A stretch of 64,000 nt of DNA from NCBI GenBank assembly GCA_951406725.2, contig OX597823.1:13826001-13890000 (forward strand). Direction: 5' to 3'. Below, in pieces: positions 56,889 to 64,000 of this stretch. A program made the translations under genes and the position numbers. The notes under the pieces were generated by a model. It was given only the letters and a program-made list of their open reading frames with translations. It did no database searches and had not been told where the DNA came from. Source of the DNA: Octopus vulgaris. Taxonomy: Eukaryota. Numbering within the stretch: position 1 is the first letter of the stretch; each line of letters starts with the position of its first letter.

Positions 56889-57502
56889 CAGTAGTAGTAG
56901 CAGCAGCAGCAACAGCATTAGTATTAATGACTGCAAGTAGAGTGGAATTTATAGTAACAATAACGCAGTAAGGACAGGTATGGTGGTGAGGATAAGGAAG
57001 AGGATTAGAGGAAGCGAGAGGAGGAGGCGGAGAGGGAGGAGGAGGGAGAGAAGTAGAGGAGGAGGAGGAGGAGGAGGAGGAAGAAGAAGAAGGGGCGTAA
57101 GTGGGGTGGAAGAGGAAGGAGGAGGATGGTGATGATGATGATGATGATGATGATGTCAACAACAACGACGAAGACGAAATCCATACCTCTATTAACAACA
57201 ACAACAACAACAACGACAACAGCAATAATGATTTCCAATTTTAGCACAAAGCCAGCAATTTTAACGGGTGGCTATTCATCAATTACATCGCATCCTCCTC
57301 GCCACCTCCACCACCACCACCACACCCCGTGCATCATTGGTATTTGTTTTTTTATCGATTCCGAGAGATGAAAGCCAAAATTTAACTTCGGCGGTATTTG
57401 AACTCCGAACGTAAAGAGTCGGAACAGATGTTGCTAAACATTTTTCTTCTATACTCAAACGATTCTGCCAACACGCCGCCTTAATCACCATCAACAACGT
57501 CG

Positions 57503-57550
<48 letters not shown>

Positions 57551-57607
57551 ACAACAACAGCAACAATAATAATAATGATAGCTGCGAAAGTGATTCAGAA
57601 CAATTAA
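56613..57607 (+). repeat. ~1-kb direct duplication, copy 1 (includes an old family C SINE at ~57240-57483, minus strand)
   Basis: Collinear and highly similar to 62868-63976, differing mostly in microsatellite lengths. Confidence 0.95.
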
Positions 57608-58585
57608 AGAGCTAAAGATCACCGTTATGCTTACACATACACAAGTATATTAAACGTGGATGTGTCTGTGTATATGTTTGAATGTCAGTGCGTCTATGTG
57701 AGCGTATTTGTTTTGATTTGTTGATGATCCTATTCTGAAGATAAGGTTGAAGTATGTGCTAGCTGGGACATTTCGAAATTAATTTTCATTTTCAACACAA
57801 GGCTCGAAATTTTGGGGGAGGGGGCAGTTGATTAGATAGACTCCTGTACGAATTTGGTACTTAATTTAACGACCCTGAAAGGATAAAAGGCAAAGTCGAC
57901 AACGGCGGAATTTGATCTCAGATTATATACAACGGAAAATTTATTTCGATTTCGTCTTTCTTTACGTTCTTACAATCAGAATATCGTACGAATTCTAATT
58001 CTCTTCAAAATAGGAACAAGTCTCTCTTCCTATATTCAACCAGTGAGTAAAGAAACCAGAATTCATTCGTCTCTCCCAATTCGAAAATCATAACTTTGGT
58101 AATTCTCTTGACTGTTACTAGAAATATTAAATATAATAAATGATTTGTTTTATTTTTTTATTATGAAGCAGTATTCGGTATAACGTGTAATTAGTCTAGG
58201 CGCAACAGATCTGAGGGAGAATTTCAACACAGTAGGATTTATTACTTTATCCTGGCTTGTAAATTAGGAGCTAAAGTGAAAACCAGATCGTTAGCAACTT
58301 AAATGAACTTTTAATGTTTATTCCATCGAGAAATACTAGTAATCAAACTACCAATAGTTCAAATTACAAACAAGTAAGTTCTTTCGATATCTAAGTGTTC
58401 TAGAAAGTCCGCTTATATTGCAGCAGTTTAACAAGTAATGTCTGTTATAACCTATGGTGAACGGTTGATGCCATTGAAATGACACATTTGCTCAAAACAT
58501 AAGGAATTAGAACCAACTGCTGAACCTCTATGTGAGCACTCGAATTATTAAAAATGGCAGTCAAATCTTCCTCACAGCACATTCT

Positions 58586-58973
58586 TATGGAAGCACTCCG
58601 TCGGTTTCGACGACGAGGGTTCCGGTTGATCCGAATCAACGGAACAGCCTGCTCGTGAAATTAACGTGTAAGTGGCTGAGCACTCCACAGACACGTGTAC
58701 CCTTAACGTAGTTCTCGGGGATATTCAGCGTGACACAGAGAGTGACAAGGCCGGCCCCTTGAAATACAGGTACAACAGAAACAGGAAGTAAGAGTGAGAG
58801 AAAGTTGTGGTGAAAGAGTACAGCAGGGATCACCACCATCCCCTGCCGGAGCCTCGTGGAACTTTTAGGTGTTTTCGCTCAATAAACACTCACAACGCCC
58901 GGTCTGGGAATCGAAACCGCGATCCTATGACCGCGAGTCCGCTGCCCTAACCACTGGGCCATTGCGCCTCCAC
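58586..58973 (-). mobile_element. Family B SINE, full length, 12-bp TSD
   Basis: Reverse complement of 17021-17409. TSD acagcacattct at 58574-58585 and 58974-58985. Confidence 0.92.
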
Positions 58974-59529
58974 ACAGCACATTCTACGGCCTTAAAAAAG
59001 AAGGCCACGTTTATTTTGATTATGTAACTCGCGTGAAAAGATATTTTCCCCTACCCTTCTATGTTTGATTTACGGCTTATGGTTTTTACTCAATTCGTAT
59101 GTTAGCGTGTTTATATATTTTGATAAAGGAATCTTAGGTACACTATACATGTAAAAGAAATTCCAATTATATTATTTGTCCTCAGTCAGAAATGTCCTGA
59201 GCTTTAACTCAACATCATTAAGCTCACCGTTCAAATTATTTTATATGTTAGACCCTGAAACACTTCACAATATAGCAGTATCTGTTCAGGGATGATAGGA
59301 AAGAAATCCTCGCCTCATCAACATTTTGTTGGTTGGCCCTAGCTCATCACTAATTAACATGATTAAATTTCAACCGCGACTCTCTCGTTTTTAAAGATAA
59401 GTGGGATACACGTTACCATTGTGATCTTCTGTTATATAGACGAGTACGAACAGCGATCAGATAGAATTGTGTGAGTGTAGAAAAATACATTGTGGGAGTT
59501 CTTCTGGTTCTTTACGTTCTGGATTGAAA

Positions 59530-59900
59530 TTGGTTCCGGGTTCAGTCCCACTGCGTGACACTTTGGGCAAGTGTCTTCTACTATAGCCTCGGGCCGATCA
59601 AAGCCTTGTGAGTAGATTTGGTAGACGGAAACTGAAAGAAGCCCGTCGTATATATGTATGTATATATATATATATGTATGTATGTGTGTATGTTTGGGTG
59701 TCTATGTTTGTCCCCCAACATCGCTTGGCAACCGATGCTGGTGTGTTTACGTCCCGTAACTTAGCAGTTCGGCAAAAGAGACCAATAGAATAAGTACTAG
59801 GATTACAAAAAATAAATCCTGGGGTCGATTTGCTCGACTATAGGCGGTGCTCCAACATGGCCACAGTCAAATGACTGAAACAAGTAAAAGAGTAAAGAGT
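59530..59900 (+). mobile_element. Family A SINE, 5'-truncated
   Basis: Starts at tggttccgggttcagtccc and ends ..acaagtaaaagagtaaagagt. Confidence 0.88.
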
Positions 59901-61589
59901 ATAACTTTTCAGAGGCCATGCTTGTAAGAGTAAGAGATTCTAAGTGATTTAAGTATTTGAAACTGTTTCCAATGAAAACTTATGAAGTGTAGGATTTGAG
60001 AGCAATACGTTGGCTGGTCTCTGACTCAGAGATGCTGTATTTTGTAAGATAAGATGTAGAGTGAGGGTATAAGAATAGATTACTAGAATGGTGTAGGGGG
60101 AGAGAGAGAAAATGAGAGAGAGGGAAAGAGATAGAATGTATCCATGTGTCAGAGTGTGTATTTAGTAAAGATGATTAGAAGTGCTTTTTAGTCCAGTTGG
60201 TTTGTTGCTTTCCACTCACTATTCAGTAGAGTTTGCAGATATGGCGACTGAGATCATAGTGGTCAAACAAGGCGAGGAATATAATGAGTGTGAGGAATTT
60301 TGTTGAGCATGAAAAATGTAGAGATGATGGTGTGTCAGGTAGCAAATGTGGCGGTGGAGAGATTTTCACTCAAATATCAATAGAGCCATAAGGATAGTGA
60401 AGTAGTGGTGAAAGAAATAGCAGAAACTATATAGAAACTCTCTTTGCAATGGTTTAGAATCCACTGCTCCAGTTTGGTAAATGGAAGAATTCGCACGATA
60501 GTACCCGTTTTATGATAGTCGTATAGTTTATGGAAATGATGGGTGAATTCTTCCAGCTCCAAATACTGCAAGTAATGCTTTCTGCCCAGTCTGACGTTGT
60601 AGAGCTGTGGGCTGGTCACAAGGGGGCTTCGAGGATTATGCTTTTAAGTGTGAGAGAGGTGTGAATAAACAGGTCTAAAAGACTGAAAAAATTGGAGATG
60701 ATTAAGAAGAACGAAAACCGCTTACTGCTGATTAGGTGATCAGATGCCTTAGAACATGAGTAGTTCCTATTAGGATGTTCCAAAGCGGCCTTGGAGCGGT
60801 AAATGTGAGGTGAGCTGACTTGTTTATGCAGTTATCAGATACGTCAAGGAGTAGAGTAACGATAATAAATGATTGCAGACTGTCTTTTGAAGTGTGATAC
60901 CAAATACTTGTGAGTACTAACTGCTGCAGACAGTTGAGGGCGGTAAAGCGGTGCAGACGCTATGCGTTTTAAAGACATAATCCCTTGCCATTTAACATAA
61001 CGATAGGTCATTTAATACCCCCGGCTAACTGTAGTATTTTATATATAAATAAGGTGCAAAATAAGGTACATAATAGTCACACATACAAAGATTCACATAT
61101 TTCCCTTGTACACGCACACACATACACACATATACTCACACAGAGTTGAAACGCTGATTTTTTTTCACCCCTTACTTCATTATTCCTTTTTTTCACCCCT
61201 TACTTCATTATTCCTTTTTCTCATTGCTATTACTTTCTCTCACTCCCTTTCAGTCAGGGACATTACTCTCACTACTTCTCCTTCACTGAATTACTATTTT
61301 CTCTCCTCCTCCGCGTCCGGCGTGATTCTGGACAAATATGTATATTCAAATGTATAAGAACACTACGCTCATTATTATATTAGGAGGGTTGCATAACGAA
61401 ATGCCCCGTCCCAACGAGTCTTTAATAGTTATCGAAGGAATTTGGAAAATTAGTGGCGACAGCAGTTGAATGAAGAGAAATAAGTGAAAACTAAAATAAT
61501 AGGAAATCGCTTCCTCTGAAAACAGGGGAGAAGAATTGACGAATATGATGTAGAGAGGTGGTGGGGGGCTGTAATGTTGTTGTTATTGT

Positions 61590-62747
61590 TGTTGGTGGTG
61601 GTGGTTGTCGTATTAGTGTTGTTGTTGTTAGTGGTGGTGATGGTGGTGGTGGTGGTGGTGGTGGTAGTAGTTGTAGTGCTTGTGGTGGTGATTGTCGTAT
61701 TGGCGTTGTTGTTGTTAGCGGTGGTGGTGATGGTGGTGGTGGTGGTAGTAGTTGTGGATGTGTTGATGGTTGTGGTGCTTGTGGTAGTGGTGGTGGTGGT
61801 TGTGGTGGTGGTGGTGGTGGTTGTCGTATTGGCGTTGTTGTTGTTAGTGGTGGTGATGGTGGTGGAGGTGGTAGTAGTTGTGGATGTGGTGATGGTTATG
61901 GTGCTTGTGGTGGTGGTGGTGGTGGTGGTGGTGGTGGTTGTCGTATTGGCGTTGTTGTTGTTAGCGGTGGTGATGGTGGTGATGGTGGTGATGGTGGTGG
62001 TGGTGGTGGTGGTAGTAGTTGTGGTCGTGGTGATGGTTGTGGTCCTTGTGGTAGTGGTGGTGGTGGTGGTGATGGTTGTCGTATTGGCGTTGTTGTTGTT
62101 AGTGGTGGTGATGGTGGTGATGGTGGTGGTGGTGGTAGTAGTTGTGGTTGTAGTGATGGTTGTGGTGCTTGTGGTAGTGGTGGTGGTGGTTGTGGTGGTG
62201 GTGGTGGTGATGGTTGTCGTATTGGCGTTGTTGTTGTTAGTGATGATGGTGGTGGTGGTGGTGGTGGTGGTAGTAGTTGTGGTTGTGATGATGGTTGTGG
62301 TGCTTGTGGTAGTGGTGGTGGTTGTGGTGGTGATGGTGGTGGTTGTCGTATTGGCGTTGTTGTTGTTAGTGGTGGTGATGGTGGTGGTGGTGGTAGTAGT
62401 TGTGGTTGTGGTGATGGTTGTGGTGCTTGTGGTAGTGGTGGTGGTGGTTGTGGTGATGGTGGTGGTTGTCGTATTGGCGTTGTTGTTGTTAGTGGTGGTG
62501 ATGGTGGTGGTGGTGGTGGTAGTAGTTGTGGTTGTGGTGATGGTTGTGGTGCTTGTGGTAGTGGTGGTGGTGGTTGTGGTGGTGGTTGTGGTGGTGGTGG
62601 TGGTGGTTGTCGTATTGGCGTTGTTGTTGTTAGTGGTGGTGATGTGGTGGTGGTGGTGGTAGTAGTTCTGGTTGTAGTGATGGTTGTGGTGCTTGTGGTG
62701 GTGGTGGTAGTGGTGGTGATTGTCGTATTGTTGTTTTTGGCATTGGC

Positions 62748-62790
<43 letters not shown>
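61590..62790. repeat. Higher-order minisatellite built from triplet microsatellites (about 10 units of 87-141 bp)
   Basis: The anchor gtcgtatt recurs at 61607, 61694, 61823, 61940, 62078, 62216, 62345, 62468, 62609 and 62722. Confidence 0.9.
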
Positions 62791-62793
<3 letters not shown>

Positions 62794-62867
62794 AGGTTTC
62801 AGCAGTAATAGTAATAGAGCAATACGAGAGTTGCAGCACCAGGGTGGAGTCGAACCACAAACGAAAT

Positions 62868-63100
62868 GAAAAAAGAAAGAAAAAGAAAAACAGGAAAAAA
62901 ATAGAAATAAAAGCAACAACAAGAACAGCAGCAACAGTATCAGCAACAATGACAATCAAGCTGAGAGAGGAATATAATGGAAGAGAGGATTCTACTCGCA
63001 GACATTATGGTGATACTGATGGGGAAGAGGAGGAGCAGGAGGCGGAGGCGGAGGAGAGAAAATGATTGGTGAATAATATACTTCTTTATAAATGATATTG

Positions 63101-63185
<85 letters not shown>

Positions 63186-63206
63186 CGGCAGCAGCAGCAG
63201 CAGTAT

Positions 63207-63266
<60 letters not shown>

Positions 63267-63849
63267 CATTAGTATTAGTGACTGCAAGTGGAGGTCCTGG
63301 AAGAAGTGATGTGTAATTCATAGTAACTATAACGCAGTAAGGACAGGTATGGTGGTGAGGATAAGGAATAGGATTAGAGGAAGCGACAGGAGGGGGGAGG
63401 TAGGGGAGGAGGAGGGCGAGGAGGGGGAGGAGGAGGAAGAAGAAAAGGGGCGTAGGTGGGACGGAAGAGGAAGGAGGAGGATGGCGATGATGATGATGAT
63501 GATGATGATGTCAACAACAACGACGAAGACGAAATCCATACCTCTATTAACAACAACAACAACGACAACAGCAATAATGATTTCCAATTTTTAGCACAAA
63601 GCCAGCAATTTTAACGGGTGGCTATTCATCAATTACATCGCATCCTCCTCGCCACCTCCACCTCCACCACCACACCCCGTGCATCATTGGTATTTGTTTT
63701 TTTATCGATTCAGAAAGATGAAAGCCAAAGTTTAACTTCGGAGGTATTTGAACTCCGAACGTAAAGAGCCGGAACAGATGTTGCTAAACATTTTTCTTCT
63801 ATACTCAAACGATTCTGCCAACACGCCGCCTTAATCACCATCAACAACG

Positions 63850-63921
<72 letters not shown>

Positions 63922-63976
63922 ACAACAACAACAATAATAATAATGATAGCTGCGAAAGTGATACAGAGCAATCAAT
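62868..63976 (+). repeat. ~1.1-kb direct duplication, copy 2
   Basis: Paralog of 56613-57607. Confidence 0.95.
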
Positions 63977-64000
63977 AACTTATTGATATATATATATACA

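Noticed and set aside
59950-60900. Possible decayed retroelement ORF on the minus strand
   Set aside because: The composition is suggestive but I could not read any diagnostic motif; it needs BLASTx.

Overview
AT-rich, microsatellite-dense eukaryotic non-coding DNA. The repeat make-up suggests a cephalopod, most likely Octopus; this is inferred from the tRNA-derived SINE types and simple-repeat load, not from a search. I recognise no intact host protein-coding gene, rRNA, true tRNA or CRISPR array, and almost all long ORFs are translations of simple repeats. The window is a mosaic of mobile-element copies and relics: at least four tRNA-headed SINE families (called A-D here), 3' fragments of RTE-, CR1-, Tx1- and R4/Dong-type LINEs, a mariner relic containing a Helitron, a Chapaev3-type relic, several MITEs, and Penelope-like (PLE) terminal relics. 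The most notable signal is six independent minimal type I hammerhead-ribozyme-like motifs, five with non-canonical cores. Most lie in short PLE-like relics or foldback palindromes beside or inside (TA)n tracts, and one has a matching empty site in the same window. Also notable: a SINE tetramer inserted as one unit (17-bp TSD) with tail-to-head complementary junctions, a SINE head with three interchangeable tails, two R4/Dong families stacked in one (TAA)n tract, a 1-kb duplication with a hairpin at its breakpoint, and a triplet-phased higher-order repeat open in several frames. Coordinates were read by eye, so the ends of degenerate elements are approximate.
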